Part shown: positions 26,291 to 39,838 of the stretch, piece by piece
Position numbering within the stretch: the stretch's first letter is position 1
How the letters are laid out: the number at the start of each line of letters is the position of its first letter
Source: Narcine bancroftii
Taxonomy: Eukaryota
Assembly: GCF_036971445.1 (NCBI RefSeq)
Contig: NC_091473.1
Span: 174,964,001 to 175,028,000 of the forward strand
Reading direction: 5' to 3'
Length of the DNA stretch: 64,000 nucleotides
Notes under the pieces: generated by a model
What the model was told of the DNA's origin: nothing
What the model saw: the letters and a program-made list of their open reading frames with translations, nothing else
The model's database searches: none
Position numbers and translations under genes: made by a program

Positions 26291-28483
26291 ATATCTTAAG
26301 GCTGAGCAGCACATCATGAAAGTAGTTAAGCCTCAGACAATGAAAACCAAGGCCCTGCCAATGTGGACCCATCACTGCTTTCAATTGTTTCTAATGATCA
26401 GAAACTTGTAATGTGCCCCTGGAGTCCACAGTACATCTAGCTATTGGTGTGTTCCTGAGTTCAGTGCCCTTTAACGATGTGCCTTCTTCCATAGATGCTG
26501 CCTGAGTTGCTATTTCCAGCATTTTCTATTTTTATTTCAGATTGCTGCATCTACAGAATTTTGTTTTTGCTTATGTTTGCATGGGAAAAATCCTTACCAA
26601 GCTGCAATCCTGCCTTCTGCGAGCTAACTCACTATTTATCTTTGCAGCAATTTTGTGAGGGGGCTTTACATTCTTGGATTTGAAGATTCTAGAGTTGGTT
26701 CAATTCTCTTTTGAACATCCCCAATCAGAATTTATTATGTGCTCCTAGGATTCAAATACATCCAGGAAATCTGAGCCTAATTGGAATTAGGAATCCCTGT
26801 GGGTTGAGCCTGTGTACATAGGCCAAATGATGTGATGATCATTTTTACTGTAATAGATATGATTCTGCATTGCAAATATTATTCTCGACATTGATAATAG
26901 CTGTCTATAGAGCCAAAACGTAGGAAATAATTGCTCAAGTTTCAAAATGAATTTTTCTTCAACTAATTAACAAACTATGCTGTATAACCATTTGCAACAG
27001 CTTTTGCTGAGTTGTTGATTTTTCATGAATTCTCATTAGACTATATCAAGTGCTGTAGTTTGGCTTGAGTGCAGAAATGATAATGAAGCTATCCTGGATA
27101 ACTCCTCAGATTATTAAAGACTCTGTAGACTGCAAATTAATTAAAGCAGGTTATATATCAGAAAATTAATATGGGATGCATTCAGAAGCTGACAAAAGCC
27201 CTGTTGTTACCACAACAGTGAGTAAATTCAATATGAAACACGCTCCCATAACTAAGAAAGCAAAAGCAGTGCATAAACACTTGAAACTTGAAGGATCTGT
27301 TTCAACTTATTTCTCAAGTGCTGTGATGGTCTACAATTTTGGGTTGATCAATGGATCTATTCAGCTTCTCATCCAAACCAGAGGTCTATTTTCCATTCAC
27401 TGATACCCAGTAGTTTGTTTTTATTATAAGATTCAAAACAGTGCAGAAAATAGGCTGTAATATTGAATTTTGGGAGGAAGCTGTTTCTGCTTTTGAATTG
27501 TTTTAACAATTGCACCTTTTGATCCTTCCTCCTATCTGTTGCATAACTATTGACCTAATTTTCACAATTAAAGGAACTGTGAAGTCAAGACAGGTACAGG
27601 TACTTGTTCTTTAAAGTAAACAAAGCAAGTGAAGATGCTAGTTTTACTGTATAATGTGTTTGTGTGCAACATGACGGCAGAAATATCATTGCAGCGGGAA
27701 TGAGTAGTAGTTAGCGAATGCACTTATGAGGAGAATAGTTCCAATGTGCCTTTACACTGGTCATATTACTACATTTATAGCATGTCCAGCTAATGTATTG
27801 TGCAAAGTTCATTTTTAGGTTTTGGGTATTATTGGCAAGCCCAAAATGTATTGTCCATCCCCGATTTCCTGTCAGGCGATAGTGATGAGGTACTCTCACA
27901 GTGCTATAGGGAGGGAGTTCCAGGATTTAAAGGACTGGTGATATATTAAGGGCTTGTGACTTGCTGCGGGTGGAGTCACTTTCCACAGGATGCCCAGCCC
28001 CTGTTCTTATTGCTATAGTTTTGGTGTACTTGGTACACTTGTATTTCTAATCAACGATGACTCCCATGATATTGACGGTAAGGGCTTCAGAGATGGTAAT
28101 GGCACTGAATGTCAAGGGCAGGTGGTTGGACCTTCTCTTGATGACACTAGTTATTACATGACATCCTGCAGCTTACATACCACATTGTTGTCTAGGACCT
28201 GCTTCATGCAGGCATTGGCTTCTTGTGCAGAGGAATTGTGAATGTCCTCACTTCTAACTTTAATGCAAAATAAAAATCACTGACGAACCAGTTGAAGATG
28301 GTTTGACCTGGGACACTGCCTTCAGAAACCTTTGCAGTGAACTCCTGCGGCAAGAGGACTAATTTCTGACAACGCTAAATATCTTCCTTAGTATTTGGTA
28401 AATGACTCAACCTTGACAGCACAATATTATATTTGAGGCACTTTATTATGCTTCACTAGTGAAACAAAAACATATTAAAGGAC

Positions 28484-28721
28484 TGTGGTGATACTCCACT
28501 GTATACTGCTACTTGGCTACTGGCGCTGTGTATATGTTTGGTTCATATGTATGTCTGGCCCACCTTCCCTTGGTGACTCCACCCCCTAGAATCCCCTAAT
28601 AAAGGCAGTAAGCCAAGCCCCTCCCTCAGTATGAGTCCTGAGATTGGACCAGAACAGGAGCATGATCCAAATCTTATGGAATTAAAAACCTGTTTTCCTG
28701 CAACTCCAGTCTTTTGTATCA
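28484..28721 (+). mobile_element. Solo LTR (same family as the LTR at 39083-39290)
   Basis: TG...CA ends and perfect TSD AGGAC. Shares GAATCCCCTAATAAA, ATGAGTCCTG and CCAGAACAGGAGCATG with the reverse complement of 39083-39290. Confidence 0.85.
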
Positions 28722-29912
28722 AGGACATAAAATATATAACAGAAAAATACCTCAAAAGTAAAATGCTACAGATCTTTTATAACTTGAAGAGTTTCTGGAT
28801 AATTTTTTTTCATTGCAACATGTGCAAAAAGCGAAAGAGCATATCTTCAAAAGTTATCTATGTTATTCTTTTAAATATTTATAAAAATCAAAGTCTTTTA
28901 AAAACAAAAACACAAATGGATATAAATACCTTAAAATTCTATTGTAACCATGTCGAAGATATGCAAAGGGCTTGAATAATGCATCCATTTTCTTAGTGCA
29001 CAGAACCATATATTTGTTCTAATGTCTTTGAACTAAACCAGAGATAAATGCTAAGAAACATAATCACATTTTATAGTTGATAATCAATATATGTGTCGTG
29101 AGATTGGATACCTTTTTCTGGGTCATTTTGCAGCACATTGTAAATTATACTGGGTGTAAGTTATTTCTGCGTTCCATGTAAATTCACATCAGTGTGACAT
29201 TATTCCATATGCAGAGTACTGGGACTTGATTCATATTGTCCCAGGAACAATTACCGTCAATCCCCAAGGCCTGCATCTAATCTCCGATCTTATGAGTCAA
29301 TGAAGCCCTAAAAGGACCTCGACCATTTCCCCCAACTCCTCATCATCCAATTATTTATTGATTTGATCCTCGATCTGATCCTCGGCATAACCCCTTTTCC
29401 CAACCCCATCATCGGAACCTTGATGAGTCCTTTTTTCTCCTCCCAGAATGAAAGCTTCCAATAACTTCTAACCCAGCCCAAAAGCACAGCTAGCTCTCTC
29501 AATATCTCTTTCTTCATCGAGACCACCATAACGAGGTCCTTCATATCTTTTCCCCTCTGATCAATGTCTCACCACTTCCCTTAACCCTGACTACTTCCAT
29601 CCCAAACCCTTATGAACCATCTCAGCCAAATCTCCTGGTGTCTTCACCTGTCTTTTGCCCAAATCCCCAAGGGACAGGTTTAGTCTGGCCTAAAGCATCC
29701 AGCCACCATGACCCAGCTTCTAAATCAGATCACCATCCAGCACCCTTGATCTGACCATTCTGCTGAAGTTTGCAGTGTGGTTGGCAATGCATTGTTCCTT
29801 AGTGCACTAGTTTCTAAGCTTAAATGTACTAAGCTACATTATGCATACAATTATACTTCAGAGAATACTGATGTACGACTATGAAGCTGTTTGCTTCCAA
29901 TGAAGTACCCAC

Positions 29913-29987
29913 CTGTCTGTCATTGCAATTTGTTCAAGCATGGCCGATCCAGTATTCGTTTTCCAGTTTCCAGAAATTGATGTTCTC
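29913..29987 (-). CDS. SYN2: Synapsin II coding exon (exon 8)
   Basis: ttcctag|GAGAAC...GACAG|gtgggt. 75 bp, phase 2-2. Translates (M)[24 protein letters not shown](R). Confidence 0.97.
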
Positions 29988-31419
29988 CTAGGAAAGGGTC
30001 ATAAATTACAATTGGTGTATTTGGTTTAATTTCTCAATGAATTTGAAGAATAATAAATCAGCATGCCTTCTAAATATGGTTAATCTTAATTTGCATGCAA
30101 TAACTGCTTGTCAGATCCGCTGGCTTTATTGTGGTCTGTTTAATTAATCAAATTGATGAATTAACTGCCTTTCGAATAGGATTCCACCACTATGTAGGAT
30201 GAAAGGATCTAAAAATAATGCTACTTTGCTTCGTATCTAAAATAAAATCCATCATTTAGTTTCATAACTAAACAGGCCGAACTAGCCACTTATTAAATAA
30301 TTAGATTTCCATACAAATTTCAAGAAAGTAACAATGTTATATTCTCTATTTATCTTGCGGAATGCTGCAGTTTGAGAAACCAGTAACTGATTCAATAGGT
30401 AATAATTATGAGCTGGAAGTGGAAAACTATCATTTGAAAAATAAAAATTAAAGAATAGAATAAGTTGAAAATTGTTGGAAATGTTCCAATGTGTAGGATA
30501 ATCGATGAGAATTATTTATGCTGTACCTACTCAGCTTTAAATCAAGCACAAAAAAAATTATTACCGAATGCAGGTCAGTGGGACTAGGTGGGAGAAGATG
30601 TTCATCACAGACTAGTAAGGCCAAACTGGCCTGTTTCTGTGATGTCGATGATTATATTGTTATCTTAATTCTGATATAATAAATATTTATTGCTCAGGTT
30701 TATATTTTAGAAACTACTTTCTAAATTGGTGTTTCAGACTGAGCGAGTCCATCACGAGAATTGGGTGAAAACAGAACTTCCAAAATGACAATTTGACCCA
30801 GGTATGGATTCACTGATAAGCATGGTTAAGTAACAGTAGTTAGAACATATGATTTCCCACCCCCACCCCAACCCTTTTAACTGAACCTTTACATTACAAT
30901 TATTACAATCTCCCTGTTTAAATTAAAATTTGTGTAACTGAAGTTTATTGACAATCACTCTTTAGATATAAATTAACCCAGCATGCAGCTGAGAAATAGG
31001 GTTCTGGATAAATTATCGGAGAATAAGCAGTCTGACTACTTTATTTCAAGTGGAGAGTATGCTATGTAGTGGTTTGAAGAAATGAGCTGGAAGATCATCA
31101 TAATTATTAGCTATTTTCTTTTCAAATTTCTTCAATTTATTGAATTTAAATTCCCCATCTGCTGTGGTGGGGTTCTGGTGGGGTTGAGTTCAATTACCAG
31201 CACTTAAAATGCTCCCAATTAAAATGGGCAGTCGCTGTGACAATCGAACGCAATACCCATTATTTATTTCAATCAACATTCAACTTCTTGTTCCAGATTT
31301 TATTTGTGCTTCATTTATTTGTACTTACTTATTGGATTACATCTGAGTAAATTGGATTGTAATATTGCAATAAGACAGCAATTGTATGATGTAGCGGAAG
31401 CAAAAAAATAATTTGTGTG

Positions 31420-31960
31420 CATTGAGTGCATGGTCCTTTGGACCATGATATCTGTGCCAACCCCAACCATGATGCCAAATTAAATTAATCCCATCAGTCT
31501 GGGTGTGATCCAGATTCCACCATTCCTTGCCTGTTCATTTGTCTTTTTACATACTTCTTAAACATCATTAATTGCAATATCCTGGCAGGCACTTACTACA
31601 TTCTGAGTAAAAAAAAACACCTCATACATTCCCTTTAAACTTTCCCCCTTTCACTTTAAAGTTACATATTGACCCCAGCGGGGAAAAAAATTCTGTCTTT
31701 CTTAATTTGATAACTTTGATTAGGTTGCCCTTCACATTCTGTTGCTCCAGAGAAAACAATCCAAGTTAATCCAACCTCCCCTCTCTAATCCAGGCAAAAT
31801 CCTGGTGAACCTCTTCTGCACTCTCTCTAAAGCCTCCTCATTCTTCCTGTAATGAAGCGGCCAGAACTGCATACAATGCACCAAACGTCGCCTAAGCAAA
31901 CTTTTATGCAGCTCAACATTACTTCTTGGCTTTTATACTTGGAGCTGTTACCAACAAAGG
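31420..31960 (-). mobile_element. CR1-like LINE 3' fragment (similar pieces at about 17040-17420, 33580-34330, 49130-49800 and 10080-10270)
   Basis: Characteristic CR1 3' sequence (atcctggtgaacctcttctgcactctctc; ccagaactgcatacaat) that recurs in the window. Confidence 0.7.
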
Positions 31961-32567
31961 CAAGCATTGAAATGGATCATGTGCAGGTAGATGGGATCAA
32001 TTTAATTTAGCATCTTGGTTGGCACACACATTAAAAGGAATAGGGCCTGTTCCTGTGTTGTTCTGTTCTATGATATAAAGATCTCTGTCAAGACCCCAGC
32101 AATCTCCTCTCTTAATAAATGGGAATGGATCAAAAAAAATACAAGATCACAAAAAGTACAAAATAAAATCTTCAATAAACAGCCAATTAAGTACGTTGGG
32201 GTCTGGATGAATGTTTTAACCTGATGATTTTTACATAAATAACGTGGTGTTTATCAAGAAAAGCAAGAACACTTTTTTATTTGCTTAAGTGATGTCTTCA
32301 TAAGTTTTGGAAGATGAAATTACATCTTATTTTCAGTCTTTAACCAAAATATAGTCAATTGCATTTCATTAAACACGATGCTCACCTACTCAAAAAGCAG
32401 ATGGGTGGACTAAAATGTTACCATTACAACTGACTTGAAATTAATTAATGAAAAGGCAAGGATACATGAGGATAGAGGATTTGTGATAAACAAGCACACA
32501 AGTTTATAAAGTAATTTGAAAAATTTTACAGAATATAATTTTAATGAAATATATAAAGTTTGCTCAC

Positions 32568-32710
32568 ATGTAAGCCTTGTAATTATTGCCTATTTTTTGA
32601 ATCCTTATATCATATTTGGAGTCTATGAAAGGTTCTGTTGTGGCATAGGTGTTAGCCAAAGCTACTACACTTGCTATATCCTGAAAGTCATTATGATTTT
32701 CTACTTTCAC
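32568..32710 (-). CDS. SYN2: Synapsin II coding exon (exon 7)
   Basis: cag|GTGAAA...TACAT|gtgagc. 143 bp. Translates [47 protein letters not shown](M), inside ORF 32564..32752. Confidence 0.97.
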
Positions 32711-33364
32711 CTGGTACCATCCAGAAAAAGGTAGCATGAGGAAAAGGTACAAGAGAAAGAAAAGAGAAAAGAATCAGATGCAGTGGATATGCTGAAATAT
32801 TACATTTTATTTAATGATTTTCCCAAGTACCAACATAACACTTCCATTGCATAATTCAACAGTGTATTAAAAACAGTACAATTTGAAATAAACAATTATT
32901 TTGATTCACAGTATATTTTGTGAGGTAGGTAATTTTGTTTAATGATATTTTAAAAATTAATATCCCAAGTGCCTATATTGTGTCTCTATTGTATAATTTC
33001 GCATGCAGTGTATGAATTACAAAATAAAATTAACATTTGATTATTGAATCACAATGTATTATGCGAGGTAGGTAGTGACAACTGAAAGATTGCTTTGGCC
33101 AACTTAAGCTTGTACTAAAGGCTTGAGCTCATGTTGCAAACAATTTCCTGACCCTTCAGGCACTTGGTTTTCGAACAGTAAACAGAGTGGGTTTAATTGA
33201 CATCAAAGAAATACACTCCTCTGGCTCTGAAATGGGAGTAGCCCACCATTAATGGGAAGCAGTGAGAATATCTAAATTAAGGTTTAGAAAAACGTTTCTG
33301 TTCAACCGCAGTCTTTCTGACATAGTGCTGATTGTTGGCTCAGTTAACAGCAAAAGATTATTAC

Positions 33365-33427
33365 CTTTCCCATGCCTGAATGAGCGTGCCCAATCTTCAC
33401 AACAACAGGAAATGTTGGCATGGTTAA
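33365..33427 (-). CDS. SYN2: Synapsin II coding exon (exon 6 by analogy to human), C domain
   Basis: ttttcag|TTAACC...GGAAAG|gtaata. 63 bp, phase 0-0. Translates LTMPTFPVVVKIGHAHSGMGK, a synapsin C-domain motif. Confidence 0.97.
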
Positions 33428-34800
33428 CTGAAAACACAGAATATATTCCCAACAGATTTATTAAATTTCATTTTTCTTCTCAACATTCTTAAACAGAACA
33501 TATTTTGTATTACAAAGGAAATACTACATAAATATTCACAAGAACATCAAGTCCTGTTCATGTTTATGTCTATGAAGAGAGCCGCAGAGTTATACATCAT
33601 GGAAACAGGCCCTTTAGCCTGACTTGTCCATGTCGATTCAGGATTGCATAATTAGGCATCTATCTTCCTGTATCATTCTATTCCTTTCCTTTTGAAGCAG
33701 TTAACACTATGGGCTGAAGGGCCTCCACTGTGCTGTAGATTTCTTTGCTTTTTAAACACTGATTGCACCTGCCCAACCACCTCCTCTTGTTTGATATACC
33801 CACCACTTTCTGTGTGAAAAACTTGCCATTAGATAGCCATTAAATAAAATATATACGAAGTTATAGGTTAATTGGGATATTTGGGCAGCATGGGGCTTGG
33901 AGGATATAAATTGAACATTTATTTCCCTCTTGCCTTAAACCTGTTTTACAGTTTTAGATTCTCCTCACCTGGGGGGGCGGGGGGGGGGTGGGGGAAAGGA
34001 ATACTATCTACCTTTTATTTGTCTCTCATTATTTTCTAAAGTTTTACTTGGTCAAATTCTACCTCCTGCACTCCAGTGAGAACAATCCCAACTCTTCAAA
34101 TGTCTCCTTGTAACTAAAACTCTCCACTCTAGACAACATTTCAGTGAATCTCTTTGGTACTCTTTCTAAAGCTACTATGTCCTTTCTTTAGTGCAGTGGC
34201 CAGAACTGCACACTATATTGCAAATGTGACCTTACCAATGTTTTGTTATGCAAATCCTATACAGTTATACAGTTGCAACATGATGTCCAACCACTAGTAC
34301 TCAATACCCTGACTATATTGGTAAGGAAGTTAGGCCTTCTTCACTACTGTGTTGCCAGGATTCAAATGGGTAAATGTTTTGGCTCTGTACTCAAACAATA
34401 ACATTAAAAATTGATTTTATGCAACAAAATATCCTAAGAAATCTTCATTTGGATGTCAGACCCAACCGCAAATTGTGAGGGACCAAGGATAGATTTTTAT
34501 TTAATTATTTCTCTCAGATGTAGGATGAGAAAGCAAGTTCATTGTCCAACTACAAAAATGCATCAAGAAGAATAATGCCAACATGATACCAACGACCATA
34601 CCATTTGTATTTTTTTGATATGCATCAATTTGTCCTTCCCCTGATAAATTAAACCTTAGTAATATAGGAAATAAAAATATTTTAAAATGATTTTAAAGAT
34701 AAATATCTTTATAACGAACTACATTGAAATTACCGAATGGAAACTTGGTCTTCAGACCAGCCATTTAGCTACTCCTTGATCTTCATGTGTCACATTAGAG

Positions 34801-35176
34801 CAGTGGTTCCCAACCTTTTACTTTCCACTCACATACCACTTTCAGTATTCCCCATGCCATCAGTGTTCTGTGATTAATAAGGGATTGCTTAAGGTGGTAT
34901 GTGGGTGGAAAGAAAAAGTTTGAAAACCACTGTTTTAATCATTCCAAATTGACTCGTTATGTGCACTGTTTCATAACTCCAAAGGAAATGGCCCGATGAC
35001 AATTTTTCTCAAGCAAAATATTTCAGTAACAATTGGATCTAGAACAATGATTCTCATCCTTCCCTTCCCACTCACATACCACCTTAAGCAATCACTTACT
35101 AATCACAGAGCACTTATGGCATAAGGAATCCTTAAAATGGGTATGTGAGTGGAAAGTAAAAGGTTGGGAACCACTG
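34801..35176. mobile_element. hAT (Charlie/MER-like) non-autonomous MITE, palindromic
   Basis: Terminal inverted repeat CAGTGGTTCCCAACCTTTTACTTTCCACTCACATACC at 34801 with its exact reverse complement ending at 35176. Arms are about 130 bp. Confidence 0.85.
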
Positions 35177-35849
35177 GGCTATAGTAACTAAATTTACCAG
35201 CTTTATAATCCAATGCTGCAAGTTCAAAACCCATATGGTGAACAGTAGATATTGTTAGATTCACCAGCACAGCAACTCAAAGCCTAGTATTTCACTATGC
35301 ATACTGTGAGAAAGAGAATGGAAGATTCGTTTTATTCATCAGAGATTATGTGTCATCAGTCTAGCCAGCCAATTATTTAACAAGTCAAAGGCGAGGGAGC
35401 ACATCTGTGTTCTTTTACTAGTAGCATTTGACAGGTTGATTCACTCCCGACAGTCCAGTGATGTTTATGTTTCTGTTCCTGGGGGTTTCATTTGAGAAGT
35501 ATGCTGTCGTTGTTTTTGTTGTGATATGTTTATATCGATTAAATGTTCTGACTTTGCCAATAGTTAAACCTAAAACATTTCACATTTACTGTTTGAAAAC
35601 TCAATTCATAAGTCCTGAGACCCTGCACAAATCATCTGGTGGGAGCATTCATGATCATCTTTCACCTCTCTCTGTAGAAGTTCCCACCTTTAAGAAATCC
35701 ACAATTATCTTGGTGCCCAAGAAATGCACGAAGGTACGTTTCAATGTCTATTGCCCCAGTGATCTGACATTTATCAATATGAAGTCCATCAAAAGGTTGG
35801 TCATGGACCACATTGATTCCAGTACGCTTCTTCACACGCAGACCATGGC

Positions 35850-36810
35850 AAGGATTCTATTCCTTTCTAATAATTTCTCTGTATTTGTGGTATCTTTTCC
35901 CAAAATGAGGTCTACCAGTCCAGATCATCTGAAATATTCTCTTTCTTCCAAAAATGTGGCTTCCCCTCCACCATTATCAACTCAGCCCTTACCCACATCT
36001 CCTCCAATTTCCCACACATCTGCCCTGGTCCTCTCTGCCCTCAGATGCACCAAACACAAGGGGTTCCCTTGTCCTTACCTACCATTCTACCAGTCTCCAC
36101 ATCCAGCACATTATCCTCCACATGATCCCACCACCAGACCTCTGCTCCTTCTGTAGGGACCACTCCCTCCGTGACTCCTTCATTCATTCATCCCTTCCCA
36201 TTAATCGCTCCCTTGGCATGTTATCCTGCAGCTGCAGGAGGTGCCACACTTGCACCCATATCTCCTCCATCACCAGCATTCAAGGCCCCAAACAATCCTT
36301 TTAAGTGAAGCCGAACTAGACTTGTATATCCATAAGAATGACCTACTGCATTTGGTGATCCCTTTGTGACCTTCTATACATTGGAGAGACTGGATGCAGA
36401 CTGGGAGATCGCTTTGCTGAGCTCCTTTGCTCTGTCTGCATCAGTGACAGGGATCTGCCAGTGAACAACCATTTCAATTCTACGCCCCACTCCCATGCTG
36501 ACATGTCTATCCATGGCCTGATGTACTGTCCTACCACAACCACCCATAAATTGAAGAAGCAACACTTAATTTTCCATCTGGGTACTCTCCAACCAGATGC
36601 CATTAACAGCGACTTCTCCAGTTTCTGCTAGCCTACTCTTCATTTTCCTCCCTTCCCATTCCCTTAATCTTCTTTCCTCCAGCTCTCCAACCCTTCCCTC
36701 TCCATTCACAGAGCCATCCCTCCTCCCCCTGTTTGCTGGTGTGCCCTCCTTCCCTCATCTAACTATTACCTTCTGCTTTTGGGACTCCTCCTGTTCCTCC
36801 TCCCCCCCCC
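35850..36810 (+). mobile_element. Penelope-like element fragment (GIY-YIG endonuclease region)
   Basis: CSCRRCHTC, then YCIW..LYIGETGCRLGDRFAEL..LPVNNHFNS motifs and a pyrimidine-rich 3' region. Preceded by a LINE RT scrap at about 35620-35845. Confidence 0.8.
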
Positions 36811-37759
36811 CCCCCATTTGAACATGCATATGCTTTAAAACACGAACCCCCAGATTCAAGTTAGTTTTTTTTATTACTGAAATCAGACTCTTAAATGGAT
36901 TATCATTTTTCTCAAGATTCCTGCATCTGCAGTTTTTGTGTTTTTTCTACGACATCAATTAGAGCATCAGTGCCAAGGTGCAGACTCCACATCTCTACAT
37001 CAAAGCCTCTGGCAAACTCTCATGTTGCATGGTGGAAAGCCATTCCACTTGTATGTCAGTCATGTTAACGGATGTTGACACAGGTTAGCTTGTAGATGCA
37101 TTAAACAGCGAACAAACCACTTTCTTTCAAAAGTGGTCCAACAATTCTAGATTCTGAGTTTCTTTAGCTATGTCATTACGGACCCTGTCTCTGAAATCAC
37201 TTTCCAATGTGCTTTTTCTGATTGACCACCCAATGTGCTCTTGAGGGTGCCTAAATATGGTATAGTACCTGTGGTGGAAATTACAGTTTTAGGCTTACTA
37301 AAAGGATTTTGACTCCAAAAGAACATTCTTTTAAAATTCATAAATTACATTTGATGAAACGCATTACTGTTTCATAATTTCAAAACCTTTATAATGGAAA
37401 CCTCTCATGACATCCATCACCACCTAATACATCACTTTTCTCAAATAGTTCTGTTTACACTAATTACCAGTCATAGAAAAAATGTACTGACAAAGTGCCA
37501 AGTTACACAATCATTTGCTTTGATCAGCCATAATAAGCGTATAATTAAAGGGCTGTGCCGAAAATGAATGACCTAATGCATTAGTCCTCGGTGCATTAGT
37601 CTGTATATTAAACCTATTGGTCACTGTTCATACATTGTCAAAACTTTGATCTCCAAATCAAATTTTTCATCCTCACAATAAATAAATTTCATATCATGGC
37701 TCCACCTCATTACTCATTTTGAAAAGCTTTGTCTGTCTATTTTGTGACAGTAACTATCA

Positions 37760-38245
37760 GATTCGGTATGTCACAGGAGACTGTCTTAAACTTCTACAGG
37801 TGTACCGTGGAGAGCATTCTGGCTGGTTGCATCACTGCCTGATATGGGGGGCACCAACTCTCAGGACAAGAATAAACTCCAGAGGGTTGTTAACTCGGCC
37901 TGCGACATCACAGGCACCAGACTTCACTCCATCGAGGGCATCTAGATGAGGCTTCTACCCCACAAAGACCCCACCACCCTCTTCACTCTGCTACCATAGG
38001 GGAAAAGGTACAGGAGCCTAAAGACGAGCACTCAATGGCACAAGGACAGCTTCTACCCCACTCCCATCCGATTCCTGAATAATCAATCAACCAAAGGCAC
38101 TGCCTCACTTTTCGTGCACTATTATTTTAATTGTTTTAATAGTAATGTCGTAAAATGGTTCTAATAATGTATGCTTGTACTATGACGCTGCCACGAAACA
38201 CCGAATTTCATGACTTGTTCACGACAATTGTTACTGATTCTGATT
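37760..38245 (+). mobile_element. Rex1-like LINE 3' fragment
   Basis: Similar to 60600-60900 (gtggagagcattctggctggttgcatca; aaggacagcttctacccc), with a GATTCT tandem tail. Confidence 0.75.
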
Positions 38246-39082
38246 CACTTGTCTCTGCTGTGTTACGTTTGAATAAAAGCAAGCTTACTCTCTTGGGTGC
38301 AGGGGTTCTGCTTTGCTTCATATTGTACTTTGTGCTCTCACTGATAGACCATCTAATTTCACGCTCAGTCACGAAGCGTGTTCTGCCGCTCTTTCCAATG
38401 GGTTATTTATTAGTAAATTCCTGAGGCAAAACATATACTGTAGCTTCTTGTTAAATATTGTAAAGGATAAGGCCGACCCATTCCATCGTTTTGGACAGTG
38501 TTCCGAAAAATGAACTTGTTCATTTTTCATAACCATGGCATTACCTTATTCCTGTTTTCTTTGAATGTTGTGATAATGGTCTAACTACTGTACATGAAGT
38601 ATATTCTCTCACATCAAGATATTTTACGGTGTACTTTTCCATGATGCCATTACAATCAATAATTTTGCGTGGACCGTAGGTCAGTTTTGATCACTGATCA
38701 CGATTCCTGATTATGACATAATTATGTTGAAGGCTTTGAAATATATTCATTAAGGTTAATTGTAAATGTAAATGTTAACCTGCTCATGATAAAATCAGAA
38801 TCAGAATTTATTCATGAACGTGTCATGAAATTCATTGTTTTACGGCCGCATCACAGTGCAAATGTTGATATAAACCACCTTACAAAATAAATAACATTAA
38901 TGCAAGAAAAAGATAAAGTCTGTGATTCATTGCTCATTCAGGAATCTGATGGCAGAGGGGAAAAAGTCGTCCTTGTGCTCAGTGGCGGAGACGTGTCATA
39001 CACTCAATGACAAAGATGTACACGTTAAAACACTTGCACATTTGGAAGTGGAACAATTAAGACCAAAAGGACAATTTAGGAC

Positions 39083-39838
39083 TGATACATTATCAATTAC
39101 ACCAAAAGGGTGGAGTTGTAGAAGGACAGGCTTTTATTACCATAAGACTGGACACATGCTCCTGTTCTGGCCCATTTCCAGGACTCATAATGAGAAAAGG
39201 ACTCGGGCATAACAGCTTTTATTAGGGGATTCCATGGAAGGAGTTACAGAGGAAAGGCAGGATGTAGAGCCAGTGACATAGTAACGGCAAGAAAAAAGAA
39301 AAGTCCCGGAGTTTGAAAAGTTCAGTGTCCATCACAAGTTCAGCTGGTATGGTGGTCTTCTGTTCCTTACGGACCGTCGTGGTGCACCTGCTGGTTCCTC
39401 GTCAATCGGGGGCATGTCACCATATGGTAAACCTGTGAGTGGGGACTGGGTAGATGGTGCAGAAGTCAGGGTAGTGTGCAAGGAATTGGCCATGGTGATC
39501 ATAGCAGCTGGTGCCTGGGTTGGGGTGGGGTGCCCGCCTTTGTAGGGGTCAATGGTTGTGGGAGGCTTTTCTGGGTCTGCAGCGTTGTTGGGATCTTCTG
39601 CGCAAGCCAGGTCCCAGACAGAAACTGTGTCCTCATGCCCATCTGGGTACACCACGTAGGTGTATTGGGGGGTTGCATGGAGAAAGTGGACTTTCTTGAC
39701 CAGTGGGTCGGTTTTGTGGCCTCATACATGTCTCCCAGGACTGGTCCTGTGTCGTCAGCCAGGAAGATAGCAGGATGATGATTTCCTGATGTGGACATCC
39801 AGTGACATAGTAACAGCATACAGTGGTGTATTATCACA
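39083..39838 (-). mobile_element. Heavily deleted Gypsy element (5' LTR stub, integrase C-terminal tail, 3' LTR)
   Basis: TG..CA termini with flanks AGGAC/AGGAA. CCAGTGACATAGTAAC occurs at both about 39270 and 39799. Integrase tail VVYPDGHEDTVSVWDLA is homologous to VVYPDGNEDTVPVQYLA at about 41800. Confidence 0.8.

Noticed and set aside
35458-36156. 232-aa ORF
   Set aside because: Chance read-through across unique DNA, a LINE RT scrap and a Penelope fragment.
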